A stretch of 64,000 nucleotides of DNA, from contig CAVXZB010000019.1 in assembly GCA_963765895.1 (NCBI GenBank), positions 352,001 to 416,000 of the forward strand, in the 5' to 3' direction. Origin of the DNA: an uncultured Nitrososphaeraceae archaeon (GTDB lineage: Archaea > Thermoproteota > Nitrososphaeria > Nitrososphaerales > Nitrososphaeraceae). Shown here piece after piece: positions 20,510 through 31,754 of the stretch (positions within the stretch are counted from its first letter, which is position 1; every line of letters starts with the position of its first letter). The position numbers were made by a program, and so were the translations under genes. Below the pieces are notes generated by a model. The model worked only from the letters and a program-made list of their open reading frames with translations, searched no databases and had not been told where the DNA came from.

Positions 20510-22264
20510 TTACAGAAATAGTGTAGCTGCATAGAGAACTATAGTTACTAACACGAAAATTTTAGAGAGGTGCATGGATTTATTCAAGGCTGTTGCGTAT
20601 TCATCAAATTGCTTTTTACCCATCACTTTAATCTTCGTGTGTGCAGAGAATAGTTCAAATTTGGATGATGTAATATTTGCTATTGATCTTCTAGATAGGG
20701 AATAAAATATTTCTGATGCCACGCTGGGATCTGTAACACTACCAAATACATAGTACCCTTGCCTAGTTCTTTTGCCTGATGTTGCGTGGGTGTCCGAAGT
20801 GCATATTTCTAACATCTCTAATCCCTTATTTGACATATATGATACTATACGCTTTCTCAATGTATTATCCATATTGTTTGAATCTGCCCAACCAATCACA
20901 AAGTAACGACCTTTTACGTAAAGGACGACAGTGGCCAAACCGGATTCTCCCAGATCATCTTTCAATGAATCCGCTTCATAAGTAATGTCGTGAAGATTTG
21001 CGAAACCAATCTTAAATGGAAACTCTTCAGACAGATTGAGCTTTTTTAGACACTGCTTTCCGGCAGCTAGTAATAGTTCATTATTCTTTTCACTTAACTG
21101 CGTCCCCAATGCATTGTGGCAATCCACAACTAGCGTATTACTAAAACCCAGCGAGCTCGAATAACCCTTCAAAACCTTCTGTAGCTCATCGGATAGATCA
21201 TCCATTCCTTCTGGAGCTCTAGAAAGTAGAAGAATAGCTGTACTTCCAAATTTGAGCCCAGTTGCTGTGAAGCCAGAAACATGTACCTGGCAGGGCAATG
21301 AACATGTGTTATGCCCAGACTTAATTTCCTGTTTATCAAGCGACTTTACATACCTATCCAATTCTGATTTAGAGGGTATATTTAAGGAGTGATCCGATAT
21401 GCTATGCAGAACTATTGCTTTTCTTGAGAATGCAGTAAACAAAACATAAGGTAAATTGCTTCCACCGATAGGGTTGAACGGACCAGGATGGACATCTGGA
21501 ATAATAATGTTCACAGAATCGCAGTCATCGTTCGTAAATCTACCAATCCATGTCTTAACAATCTGTTGTTCGGACCTAGATTCGATAAATTTTTCCATTT
21601 TATTCGGTTCGTTATTGGTCCATGCAGCGAGAAATGCCTGCAATAGGTCAAATGTACTCCTAATGTTTGGATGGCCTGCTTTGTCTGCTAATATAGTCCA
21701 CAATATAGTAATACCCACAAATATTATGCCAAGCAAAGGCACAAGATTTATTTGATTTCCAACAAAGTCGTGGGATGGAACACCGATTATAATAGCTGCC
21801 AAAATCATCGGCTGAACCATTCCCACTATGGTTGATCTTAGAAGTCGAGCACCGAACACAGATCTAAATATTGCAATTCTCAAACCAATTGCAAGGAACA
21901 TGCCCTCGATTACGTATAAAATAGGAGAACTCTCTTTGCCTAACAATACGTGAGAAGCCAAGCCTAACGCTGCTGTGCTAGCCCATAAAACATTCGAAAA
22001 TGCAGTCACGTGAAAAACCTTGGATAATTTATTTAGAGGAGCTTTACACAATGAATAGAAGTCAAAGAGGGCCAGTCCTATCATAGGTGGTATTCCAAAC
22101 AGTAGCGCATACAAGAGTTCACTATCTTGTTTGTAGATCCAATCTCTTACCACTAGGATCAAAAAAGCCGTGCCAATAATTGAGATGAGAAAAGATATTT
22201 TAGTAGAAGAGGGATTAAGCCGTGTGAAAGACCAACGACTATGTATACTAGAAACGCTTTCCAT
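20510..22264 (-). CDS. DUF2070-family membrane protein
   Basis: Multi-TM N-terminal half; DVHPGPF..IGGSNLP, HS.SDHSLN, DCHN, DSNN, TSDTH. Confidence 0.85.
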   Translation of the reverse strand: MESVSSIHSRWSFTRLNPSSTKISFLISIIGTAFLILVVRDWIYKQDSELLYALLFGIPPMIGLALFDFYSLCKAPLNKLSKVFHVTAFSNVLWASTAALGLASHVLLGKESSPILYVIEGMFLAIGLRIAIFRSVFGARLLRSTIVGMVQPMILAAIIIGVPSHDFVGNQINLVPLLGIIFVGITILWTILADKAGHPNIRSTFDLLQAFLAAWTNNEPNKMEKFIESRSEQQIVKTWIGRFTNDDCDSVNIIIPDVHPGPFNPIGGSNLPYVLFTAFSRKAIVLHSISDHSLNIPSKSELDRYVKSLDKQEIKSGHNTCSLPCQVHVSGFTATGLKFGSTAILLLSRAPEGMDDLSDELQKVLKGYSSSLGFSNTLVVDCHNALGTQLSEKNNELLLAAGKQCLKKLNLSEEFPFKIGFANLHDITYEADSLKDDLGESGLATVVLYVKGRYFVIGWADSNNMDNTLRKRIVSYMSNKGLEMLEICTSDTHATSGKRTRQGYYVFGSVTDPSVASEIFYSLSRRSIANITSSKFELFSAHTKIKVMGKKQFDEYATALNKSMHLSKIFVLVTIVLYAATLFL

Positions 22265-22288
22265 GACGTAAGTTTGTTATAGTGAGTA

Positions 22289-22456
22289 CTAGACTGGGAA
22301 AAGAATTCTAATTAGTAATGATATCCCGATTAAACCCCCAGTAACACCTAGAACAACCTCAGGTTTAATCTTAACACCCTTCGTTTCGTCTTCAAAAAAT
22401 CTTAACAATCCTGCGCTAGAAGCTGGCAGAGGCGCATTTTTCTTTTTGCTGCTCAT
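22289..22456 (-). CDS. secG: Preprotein translocase subunit Sec61beta/SecG (55 aa, not in ORF track)
   Basis: MSSKKKNAPLPASSAGLLRFFEDETKGVKIKPEVVLG...; AGLLRFF motif followed by one TM helix. Confidence 0.93.
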   Translation of the reverse strand: MSSKKKNAPLPASSAGLLRFFEDETKGVKIKPEVVLGVTGGLIGISLLIRILFPV

Positions 22457-22603
22457 TAATTATCAGAGGAATGATTCAGTGCTTTAAATAGATTGCGCTA
22501 CTGATAGTAAAGAGAATTGGCCTCAGAAGTTCTATTGGGTTGACCTAGCTGTGGGATACAAGCAAGTTTTAATAGTTAGAATATGAATAGTCAAAATACC
22601 TAG

Positions 22604-22912
22604 ATGGTGGTTATATGCAAAAAATGTGGCCTGCCTGACGACCTTTGTGCTTGTGGTGAACTGGATAAAGAGGAAACTCGAATCGTGGTTCGGCTTGAAA
22701 CCAGGCGCTTCAAGAAAACCACTACCATGATTGAAGGCATCGATCCGAAGCTTGGCGATTTGCAACGGATAGTTAAAGAGTTGAAAAGTAAATTTGCCTG
22801 TGGCGGAACTGCAAAAGACGGCTATATAATGCTTCAAGGAGATCATCGGGCAGACGTCAAAGGTTATCTCGTAAGCATGGCTTTTAATGAAGCCGCTATC
22901 GAAGTTCAGTAA
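22604..22912 (+). CDS. sui1: Translation initiation factor aIF1 (SUI1)
   Basis: CKKCGLPDDLCAC, LKSKFACGGT, LQGDHR. Confidence 0.95.
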   Translation: MVVICKKCGLPDDLCACGELDKEETRIVVRLETRRFKKTTTMIEGIDPKLGDLQRIVKELKSKFACGGTAKDGYIMLQGDHRADVKGYLVSMAFNEAAIEVQ

Positions 22913-23064
22913 CATCTTTATCGTATAGCGGAAGAATTCCCTTTAACTATAGTGAGTCATGTGCCATGATTTTTCCTCTTTTCTCTATATGATTCCATAA
23001 TAATCATGATTTGGTATTTCGACATTGATGGACCGAAGTGACTCTAGATTAGACGAAGGCATTT

Positions 23065-23539
23065 ATGTCGGTAACTTAGATCCACATCATTGTTCAAGGG
23101 AAAGAAGTCGACCAAAAAAAGCGAGCGTGTTTCAAGTTTGGACAACACATTCAGGATCGCTTCGATTCTCCAAAAGAGCATCAACTCAGGACGTTCGAGC
23201 TACGTAGAAATGTCCAAAGTGAATCAAATAGTTTCATTCAATATCAAATCTCATTTGGATTCTCTTAAGCCCGAAGTTGCCTTTGAAAACTATAAAGACG
23301 CGATTAACATTTTTGGGCAGCTCTCATTTTGTTACGAAAATACTATTACTCCAAACGGCTCGGTTAAATTAAAGGAATTAAATAGAATGTTGGATTATGA
23401 TTCAGAAATTGCGTTTCAACTTAATATTTTAAGTAAAATTCCCAATTTTGACCGGACGAAGGTTGATTTGGACTATATTAAAAATCTCAAGGATTTGATT
23501 AAGGAAAGGGAAGATTTTATCAAATCAATTAGAGCTTGA
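23065..23539 (+). CDS. Hypothetical protein (ATG at 23065 in frame if one A at ~23074 is removed)
   Basis: 149-aa ORF from 23090; corrected N-terminus MSVLRSTSLFKGKK. Confidence 0.6.
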
Positions 23540-24444
23540 GATGTAGCTTTAGCCCCTTGTACCGATTTCTAATAGTGACTTCAGTTACACCAGCTGCCTC
23601 TGCTACATCCTTCTGTGTCTTATTTTCCCCATTCATCACACATGCGACGTATAGTGCAGCCGCAGCTAGGCCCATAGGGTCCTTTCCTGCAGAAATTTTT
23701 CCCTCTTCGGCCCTCTTGAGAATCTCCAGGGCTTTTCTTTTAGTCTTTTCAGACAGTCCGGCCTTGCTCGCAATTCTGGCTACACATTTCACGGGATCAA
23801 CAACGGGCATTTTTAAATCTCAGCTCGCGAATGAGCAATCTGTAACATCTAGCCACATCCTTTTTCTTTATATTACTCGCATTAGCAATATCCTTTAGTG
23901 TTCGTGGAGTCTCAGTGTCTCTACAAGCGGCATAAAGTGCAGCAGCCACCAAAGCAGATATCGACCTGCCCCTTACGAGTCCTCTTTCCAGTGCTTTTCT
24001 GTAAACATAAGCAGCCTTTTCAATGACTGCATCGCCCACTGCAAGCTTATCCTTCAATCTATCTAATTCACTAAAGGCTTGTCTAAAATTCCGGTCAACA
24101 GGTTCGTGAACTTGACTACGACTGTCCCAAGTTCTTAGTCTTTCAATTGTGCTTTTCATTGATGCCGACAAAGGCTTTCCTGAGGCATCCTTGTCTATAG
24201 GACCAATTATAGTCGCTAATCCCATGTCATGCATGGCTAAAGAAGTGGGGATTCCGGCTCGGCTTCTATCTTCGTGCTCCTCTTTTGAAAAAGCCCTCCA
24301 TTCTGGCCCCGTTTCCTCAATTCTCTCAGTAACAACAAACCCACAATTCCCACAAAACATTTCACCGCTCGAATTATCAGTGACCATGGGACCCTTTCCG
24401 CAACGTGGGCATCTGTCACTAAATAATGAAATATCTTTTACCAG
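23529..24444 (-). CDS. tfb: Transcription initiation factor IIB; apparent +1 frameshift at 23821; probable CTG start
   Basis: Zn ribbon CPRC...CGNCG, GPEWRAF, HDMGL, two cyclin repeats, GVTEVTIRNRY; corrected junction RELDLKMPVVDP. Confidence 0.95.
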
Positions 24445-24480
24445 GTCTTTTCACCATAAAAATGCCAAAACTTGCCATCT

Positions 24481-24488
24481 TATATAAA
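24481..24488 (-). promoter_or_regulatory. Probable TATA box of tfb
   Basis: TTTATATA on the minus strand with a purine-rich BRE-like stretch upstream, ~37 nt before the CTG. Confidence 0.55.
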
Positions 24489-24824
24489 TATTTTATTCTT
24501 TTATTTATACTTTTTCCTCGGTGGACTACGTACATCTAATATTTGTAGGTTTCAGTGCTTGCATGTGATAATTATGCCAATACCTGCTTGTTATTTGAAT
24601 ATATTCTATCTGGATAGTGATTTATGGTAATGGTATTATTGATTAAATTTTATAATTTAGTCGTTAAAGCTAGTATTTTCCTATTTGTACAAGAGCTAGA
24701 AAGCTGAACATAGGTTGTCGCTAATAGCGGAACACTGAATAACGAAACCTTGTACCTAAATCTGAGGTATCTAGGATTGATACTTTCCATAATCTTAATT
24801 AAAGGATGAGCATTTCCTTGAATT

Positions 24825-25196
24825 ATGGAAGATATTACGCAGATACCACGGCATGCTATCGAAGAAGATCCTTTATGGGAAAAGGATTCCGATGCGGGAC
24901 CAAGTTTAATTAGATGGAGAAAAAGGGGAACCAATTTGTTTGCTATCTGCAGCGTTACAAGTACGACGTGTACCCTATTTGATTATACTAGCAATTTACA
25001 TTCATTTCCGAATTTCTTGCAGGCGAAGAGTCAAAGTCAAGGTAATCAAGATATGATTTCTAGTCCGGTTGATCCTACCGATATTAAGCGATATCTTGCC
25101 AGTCGGTACCTAAATCCGAATTATGACATATTTAAGCTTCCTGATAGTAGATCACTAAAGGTCAAAGATCGACCTGATTACACGGATATTTCATAG
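24825..25196 (+). CDS. Hypothetical protein
   Basis: 123-aa ATG ORF in otherwise empty space; no motif recognised. Confidence 0.4.
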   Translation: MEDITQIPRHAIEEDPLWEKDSDAGPSLIRWRKRGTNLFAICSVTSTTCTLFDYTSNLHSFPNFLQAKSQSQGNQDMISSPVDPTDIKRYLASRYLNPNYDIFKLPDSRSLKVKDRPDYTDIS

Positions 25197-25254
25197 TGCT
25201 ACTCGCATAGAAAAACCAAACATAAGAAGTGGCAATGGATAGATAACTTCTTCA

Positions 25255-27708
25255 ATGTTATTTCGACCTCCGATCCTCGGATTTGTGCTTATGATAGGGC
25301 TGCTTACTTCAATATCGGTGGATCAGAGTTTGGGCTCTCTCGTGATGGCGAACGGTCCCCAGGCTGCGACGAAGGGTCCATTTATTGATAGTGCAAGATT
25401 TATTCAGTATCTGGATGATAACACAGCCTTGCAGGAAATGAAGAGACGCGGAATTGACACTTACTATTTCCGAGTACCACTTGAGGTTGTGTCTGACCTG
25501 AAGCAGGATCCAGACCTTGTGGTGTACAACAGAATGGCTGGATCGTTTGGAATTTTATTAAACCCTGCTCCTCCTAAGAGCAACGATACCCTTAATCCCT
25601 TTTACTTCAGAGGGGTAAGATATGCAGTAAACTATCTTGTTAATAGAGAATTTGTGGTAGATGAGATCCTCAAGGGCTACGGCACACCTATGGTAGATCC
25701 CTTCGGCGTTTATTCTCCAGAATATCAGAATATAATCGGATCAGTAGAATCACTTGGTCTTAGATACAATCCGGTATTAGCAGACAAGATCATTACGAGT
25801 ATACTAAATTCCGCTGGCGCCATAAAGCAGGCTGGAAAGTGGACCTTCAAAGGCAATCCGATAGTCATAAAGGTCTTGATTAGAAGCGATGACCCGGAAA
25901 GGAGATCAATGGGCGAACTTGTTTCCTCTGAATTTCAGAAGATCGGATTTTCAGTTATAAAAGATTATGGAGATTTGAACAAAGCTAATACAATTGTGTA
26001 TGGATCAGATCCCCAAGATTTTCAGTGGAACGTTTATACAGAAGCCTACGCAGGGACATCGGCATTTGTTAAATATAATCCGTCTGTAACTTCTCAAATG
26101 TATGCTCCGTATGCCGGTAACATGCCTGGTGGACAGAATCCGAGCTTTTGGCATTATCAAAATTCAACAATTGATAAGCTGGCTCAACATATTGCCTTCT
26201 TTAATTTTACGTCTTCAAACGAAAGGAATGACTTGGTTCGAAATGCGACCCTAAACGGAATTCAAGAGTCAGTCCGCATTTTCGTTGCACAGCTAATTGA
26301 ACCATACGTTGCAGTATCATCCGTCAAAGGCCTTATAAACGATTTTGGGGCCGGAATAACAAGTAAGTATTCATTGTCGAATGCTAGGACCAATAAGACT
26401 ACCAATTCACTTGATATTGGCGTCAAGCAAATTTATCAAGGGGCGTGGAATAACATTGCAGGATGTAAGGATGCCTATTGCTCAGAGATTTATACGCAAC
26501 TGGCAGACAGTGCCACCTTTAGGAATCCATACACAGGTGACGTGATTCCTATGAGAGAAGTCTGGACCAATATAACAACTTTAGGACCACATCATAAGAT
26601 GCATGTGCCAGATGATGTTCGTATCTGGAATCCAGTCATTCAGAGATGGACTGGATTAGGGAAAAATGACTCTGCCATGAGTAAAGTTATTTTTAAGGCA
26701 TTATTTTCGAAATGGCACAACGGAATTATGATGGATAAGGCAGATGTATTATATCCTCTTTACTTCACCTTTGAATGGGGAACTAATACTGGGAATGCGG
26801 ATAGGACATACGATCCTGAATATAGTGCTGCTGCTCAAGTTGCCCTCCCACTTATTAAGGGTGTTAAATTTGATTCTAATAATACATTCGAATCTTATAT
26901 CGACCAATGGCATTATGATAAGAATGAAATAGCTGACTCAGCGGCTGTCTGGCCTTCTGAGCCTTGGGAGATCACTGCCGCGACAGAAAGGCTCGTGATG
27001 TCTGGAAAATTTGCATTTTCGAAGGGAGAGGCCTCGGCTAAAAACATTGATTGGTTATCGCTAATTGTCCCCTCGCACGCAGATGCGATAAAAATTGAAT
27101 TGCAGAAAATGAAAAAGGAGGGGTATGTTCCAAATCCCTTAAAGGGTTTGATAAGCGTGGCTGAGGCTCAAAAAAGATACGACGCCACTATAAACTGGAT
27201 TGAAATGCATCGAAATGCGGTGGTTAGCAATGGTCCGTTTTATCTTGATTCCTACAATCCAGAGGGCGGCGTTATAACGATAAAGGCTTTTAGAGACTCA
27301 TCTTACCCTTTTCAGAAAGGTCATTGGTCAGTCTACGAGTACCCGAAGATCGCTTCATTGGATAAGATTCAAGCCCCGCAATTCGCAACAATAGGAAAGC
27401 CCTTAAAAATTGTATTGAATGTCTCTGAAAATGGAAGGCCAACAAGCGACGCGTTGGTGAATTATTTTATCTCGGATTGGCGGGGTCGAGTTATACTCAG
27501 CGGGAGGGCCGAGCCGCAGCCCGCACCAACGGCAGTCGATGAAGCTTCGGATCACCCGAAGGGTTCATATGAGATAAATCTGAACTCTAGTACCACGGCA
27601 AAATTTCCGTTTGGACCAAATCTTATAAAGATATTCGCAACTGGAAAAGAAGCTTTTAGACCTGACATATACACTAGAACGATATTGGCTGTGAAGGCCT
27701 CTACTTAG
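25255..27708 (+). CDS. Peptide/nickel ABC transporter substrate-binding protein (family 5)
   Basis: Signal sequence, NPF...VRYAVNYLVNRE, SNGPFYL; followed by two permeases. Confidence 0.9.
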   Translation: MLFRPPILGFVLMIGLLTSISVDQSLGSLVMANGPQAATKGPFIDSARFIQYLDDNTALQEMKRRGIDTYYFRVPLEVVSDLKQDPDLVVYNRMAGSFGILLNPAPPKSNDTLNPFYFRGVRYAVNYLVNREFVVDEILKGYGTPMVDPFGVYSPEYQNIIGSVESLGLRYNPVLADKIITSILNSAGAIKQAGKWTFKGNPIVIKVLIRSDDPERRSMGELVSSEFQKIGFSVIKDYGDLNKANTIVYGSDPQDFQWNVYTEAYAGTSAFVKYNPSVTSQMYAPYAGNMPGGQNPSFWHYQNSTIDKLAQHIAFFNFTSSNERNDLVRNATLNGIQESVRIFVAQLIEPYVAVSSVKGLINDFGAGITSKYSLSNARTNKTTNSLDIGVKQIYQGAWNNIAGCKDAYCSEIYTQLADSATFRNPYTGDVIPMREVWTNITTLGPHHKMHVPDDVRIWNPVIQRWTGLGKNDSAMSKVIFKALFSKWHNGIMMDKADVLYPLYFTFEWGTNTGNADRTYDPEYSAAAQVALPLIKGVKFDSNNTFESYIDQWHYDKNEIADSAAVWPSEPWEITAATERLVMSGKFAFSKGEASAKNIDWLSLIVPSHADAIKIELQKMKKEGYVPNPLKGLISVAEAQKRYDATINWIEMHRNAVVSNGPFYLDSYNPEGGVITIKAFRDSSYPFQKGHWSVYEYPKIASLDKIQAPQFATIGKPLKIVLNVSENGRPTSDALVNYFISDWRGRVILSGRAEPQPAPTAVDEASDHPKGSYEINLNSSTTAKFPFGPNLIKIFATGKEAFRPDIYTRTILAVKAST

Positions 27709-27782
27709 TGAAGAATACTTAACACATTTAGGAGATCTGCAGATTAACTCCGAATGAAAAGCAATATTAGAATCATCTAGTT

Positions 27783-28861
27783 ATGAAATTAGGGGTAAAG
27801 GGAGTAAATAGGTCTATGGGATTTCGATATTTTCTGATCAAGAGATCAATAAACATGATTCTTGTTGTATTTTTTACCCTTATTATTACAATCGCGATTC
27901 TTGGCTCTACAATAGACAAAATTCTAATTAACTCTGTCAGATACGATGCAGTAAATGCGATAAGCCAATCCAAATTCCATTTTCAATCTCTCAAAGAAAG
28001 ACAAACCTATGTTGAGACCCAAATTACCCAAAATATCAAGTCCTTAGGATTGGATGAACCATGGTACATCACCTAAACGCTTTTTTAATACCTTATCTAA
28101 AATTGTGACTCTAGATTTAGGAAGGTCTAATTTTTTCACCACTGACTCAGGTTCTTCTAAGGTCAAGGACATAATAATGGAAAGATTGCCAAAAACAATT
28201 CTGCTATTTAGTAGTTCAACAGTAATTGTTAGTATTATAGGAATATATCTCGGCGCATTCATATCTGATCGATCAGGATCGATCACGGATAAGGTCAATT
28301 CATTCTCTGCAGTTCTTAGTAACAGCTTCCCATCCTGGTGGATAGGTATGCTTATGATATTTGTATTTGCCTTTGTCTATCCGATATTTCCTGCTCGCTC
28401 CACCCCCACGAGTTCTCCTTCGGATCCATATTACATACTTGATCTCTTGTACCATATGTTGTTGCCATTGATCACTCTGGTCTTGGTCAGCATAAGTGCT
28501 TGGGCATATATTGTACGCTATTATCTAATTAGAATTAGACATGAGGATTTTATACTCTCCAAAAAGGCAATAGGAATATCAAAGAAAAAAATCTTATACT
28601 CGCACATGTTAAAAAATGCTGCTCCGCCTATCATAACCTCCGTGGCATTAAGTTTGGCGGCTTCTTTTGGTGGCGCAATTATAATAGAATCTGTATTCGA
28701 CTGGCCAGGAATGGGTAAACTGTACCTATGATGCTATCGCCGTCAACGATGTTCCCATCATCTTAGGCAACACTTACATTTTTTCGATAATATTTGTTGT
28801 TACGATATTCGTCACCGATATTGCCTATGGTTTTTTTGATCCTCGGGTGAAAGTTGGATAG
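27783..28861 (+). CDS. Peptide ABC permease DppB/OppB-like; apparent +1 frameshifts at 28068 and 28726
   Basis: LGLDEPW(Y)SPKR, LDLGRS, ERLPKT, IESVFDWPGMG; corrected tail ...DIAYGFFDPRVKVG. Confidence 0.9.
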
Positions 28862-28933
28862 TTGATTGCAGGTACGGGATGCGTAGGTCAATGATAGTTC
28901 GATTTCCTAAATTCATCCTTTTTCAGGTCGAAA

Positions 28934-30358
28934 TTGGAGAAAATCCTTTCCTTCTCAAAACTTCACTTTCTAATTCAAATCCTAAATTCCAAGACTGCCA
29001 TTTCAGGCCTATCCATCTTGATGATTCTGATTGCTATGACAATCTATGCAGTTATCGCAATCCCACTCGAATCATTTAAGCAATGGAACAATCCTAATTA
29101 CTGGATCGACTATCCAAAGGCTGCCGCTCCATCTTGGACCAATCTAGGTCTATTTGGTCCAAGATACTCAGAGCATATAATTCTAGGCACTCACGACGCC
29201 AGAGTCTATTCTGGATCAGAAAATGGCATTCATATCATTTCTCATACTTATTCTGTAGATTTCAAATATGATTCTTATCCTACAGACTTTATGATACCAT
29301 ACTCGGTAAAGTACGGACTAGTGCCGCCTGCTATGGAGGTGAAAGTATTACGACCAGATGGCTATACATTTAAAATATATGATACAGCACTGCCGCCAGG
29401 ATCGCCTCAGCAGTCTTTGAATCCCAATTATTCGACAGACAATTACAACGAATATTCAGGTCGAATTTTTTCGACAGACTATTTAATAAGTAAGAATCTG
29501 CGTGATTACCTTGGTCTCTTTGCATATCCGCAAGACGAATCAAGCCCTCAAGTTATGATCTTTTCTGAACTTAATTCGAAGAAAGTGCTGAAGGGTGTCT
29601 ATAAATTTGAAGAGACGTTTTACTTTTTCAATGACACTGACAAAGTAAATGAATCAGGCCTGGTTTTAGGTGGCACAGTTTATGGCTTAATGGGCACTGA
29701 CGATCTGAGAAGGGATCTTAGTATAGGAATATTCTGGGGAACACCGGTTGCACTTTTTATCGGAGTCACTGTGTCTCTATCATCAGTATTCATCGGCCTC
29801 ATCTACGGGGTCATAGCAGGTTATAAGGGTAAGAGAACTGACGAAGCGCTTATGCGGGTTAATGATCTGATAGTTTTTCTACCAGCTCTTCCAATACTGA
29901 TCCTAATAACTGCAACATTAGGTAGGAGCATATTTATAATTACTGTATTACTAGTAATTTTTGGCTGGGCTGGGGCTACTAGGGTTTCTAGGAGTCTGGC
30001 ACTCCAGATAAAAAATCTTCAATACGTAGAAGCAGCAAGAATAATGGGTGCTTCTGATATGAGGATCATTTTCAAACATCTTATACCTCAATTGCTTCCG
30101 TTAACGTTCGCTAGCATTGCAATTGCTGTACCTGGCGCTATATTGGCTGAAGCTGCATTAAGTTTTCTAGGATTGGGCGATCCTACCATTCCCACATGGG
30201 GTCAGATTTTACACGATGCTAATTCCGCAGATGCTGCTGCAAGAGGGCTATGGTGGTGGATCATTCCACCAGGTATGATGATTGCTTTAACAGGCTTGTC
30301 ATTTGCTCTGATTGGAAAAGCTATCGAGACTAATACAGACCCTTTACACAGATCATAA
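28934..30358 (+). CDS. Peptide ABC permease DppC/OppC-like with large extracellular loop
   Basis: MGTDDLRRD, YVEAARIMGA (EAA loop), EAALSFLGLG, WGQIL, WWWIIPPG. Confidence 0.92.
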   Translation: MEKILSFSKLHFLIQILNSKTAISGLSILMILIAMTIYAVIAIPLESFKQWNNPNYWIDYPKAAAPSWTNLGLFGPRYSEHIILGTHDARVYSGSENGIHIISHTYSVDFKYDSYPTDFMIPYSVKYGLVPPAMEVKVLRPDGYTFKIYDTALPPGSPQQSLNPNYSTDNYNEYSGRIFSTDYLISKNLRDYLGLFAYPQDESSPQVMIFSELNSKKVLKGVYKFEETFYFFNDTDKVNESGLVLGGTVYGLMGTDDLRRDLSIGIFWGTPVALFIGVTVSLSSVFIGLIYGVIAGYKGKRTDEALMRVNDLIVFLPALPILILITATLGRSIFIITVLLVIFGWAGATRVSRSLALQIKNLQYVEAARIMGASDMRIIFKHLIPQLLPLTFASIAIAVPGAILAEAALSFLGLGDPTIPTWGQILHDANSADAAARGLWWWIIPPGMMIALTGLSFALIGKAIETNTDPLHRS

Positions 30359-30782
30359 AATTCGACAAAATTATCTACTTTATATTGATAGTAATAGTGC
30401 TTGAATCTTTGGCTAGCCATTTGAAGGTGAATTGATACCAACATGAGAATCACCATCATTAAAGTAATGGATGCGAATCAGTAATGAGATAGAGGCAGGT
30501 CAAATCGTATTAGATTCGCCTGAGATGACATAATCTACACCACACATCATAGATGAATCACAATATCAAAGATAAGTAGAATGCAAATATAATCTAATTT
30601 GTAACTCTTAGCATTATGAATGCCTATTTCAAAAAACACGCCATTCCAGTTATTATTATATACCTTTACTATTCTTAGATAACATAGTACTTTCCCAAAT
30701 CAAATTCCAGGCTACGTAGAACACGTTCCAGCTATTTAAGACCCTCATACAATTCTAATTTTTTGGTACAATACTATGGTTT

Positions 30783-31307
30783 TTATTCATTGTCGCTATG
30801 CATTATTCTAAGCGCAAAGCGCTCACCGTTCCTATCAAATGCAGCTATAGTAGTATCATCATAAGGATAGTTGATGATTATTGATACAAGTCCAAAATAA
30901 TTATTAAGATCTTCTAGTGAAGGACTATTCGAACTCCCCGGATGCGAGTGAGCAGTCCCAATATATGACAAATCGAATGGTAGGTCGTAAACAGGAAAAC
31001 CTGAATAATATGGCCCATGCGAAGAAAAGGGTGGAACTACTAATCCGTCTATCATAATCTCTGCCTTCTTACTTCTGCCTCTCAAAATTAGTATTCCTTC
31101 GTAAGGATGCCACATTTTTGCATAAGTGATGATGCCATCAGCACTCTTTCTGGTCAAAACTACTTCCTTACGTGGCCTTTCTACGTTGTTGTCTTTTCTA
31201 CGGAAAAAGAGCAATGATGTGATAGGAGGGGATATCACAAATATTTTAGTATTGCTCATGCTGATGTTTGTTGCTTGTAAAACTAGCTCCAGGAATTGAC
31301 TAACCAT
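30783..31307 (-). CDS. JAMM/MPN+ metalloprotease (true start may be downstream)
   Basis: HPYEG..ILRG and GTAHSHPG...PSLEDL (HxH-x7-S-x2-D). Confidence 0.88.
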   Translation of the reverse strand: MVSQFLELVLQATNISMSNTKIFVISPPITSLLFFRRKDNNVERPRKEVVLTRKSADGIITYAKMWHPYEGILILRGRSKKAEIMIDGLVVPPFSSHGPYYSGFPVYDLPFDLSYIGTAHSHPGSSNSPSLEDLNNYFGLVSIIINYPYDDTTIAAFDRNGERFALRIMHSDNE

Positions 31308-31357
31308 CGCGCATCATAATGAATAATAACTAGTTGCTACAGGTATCTGTATAATAA

Positions 31358-31672
31358 TTGCACGTGAAAAAAAGTCTTTCCTCGCGAGATGAAATATTGG
31401 TTCGCAGGGGCACTGTTTCAAATGATATGGATGGTACTCCGTTATTTATTAATGAGAAATGCGAAGGATATAGAGTCAATGATACCGCAGTTTCGCTATG
31501 GAATATGTGTAACGGCATAACATTTGATGAACTGAAGGAAGAGGTCCTGCGTATTTCAAATGACAATGAAGAAAATGTTAGTTTGGCACTAGGAGAGATG
31601 GTTGAACAGCTAAAAAAGGTATCGGTATTGGACACAAAGCAAGTTAAACATGATTCCCGTATTCTTCGCTAG
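31358..31672 (+). CDS. PqqD/RRE-like small protein
   Basis: YRVNDTAVSLWNMCNG.TFDEL...V..ALGEMVEQL pattern. Confidence 0.65.
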   Translation: MHVKKSLSSRDEILVRRGTVSNDMDGTPLFINEKCEGYRVNDTAVSLWNMCNGITFDELKEEVLRISNDNEENVSLALGEMVEQLKKVSVLDTKQVKHDSRILR

Positions 31673-31754
31673 TTCGACTAAATAAAAACTCGCTTATTCC
31701 TTACAGTCGTCTGCGGTTATCTTTTTTAGTGTCTGCTGTGATCAAATAGAATTA

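Noticed and set aside
20268-20534. 88-aa ORF after ahcY
   Set aside because: It overlaps tRNA-Val and is spurious.
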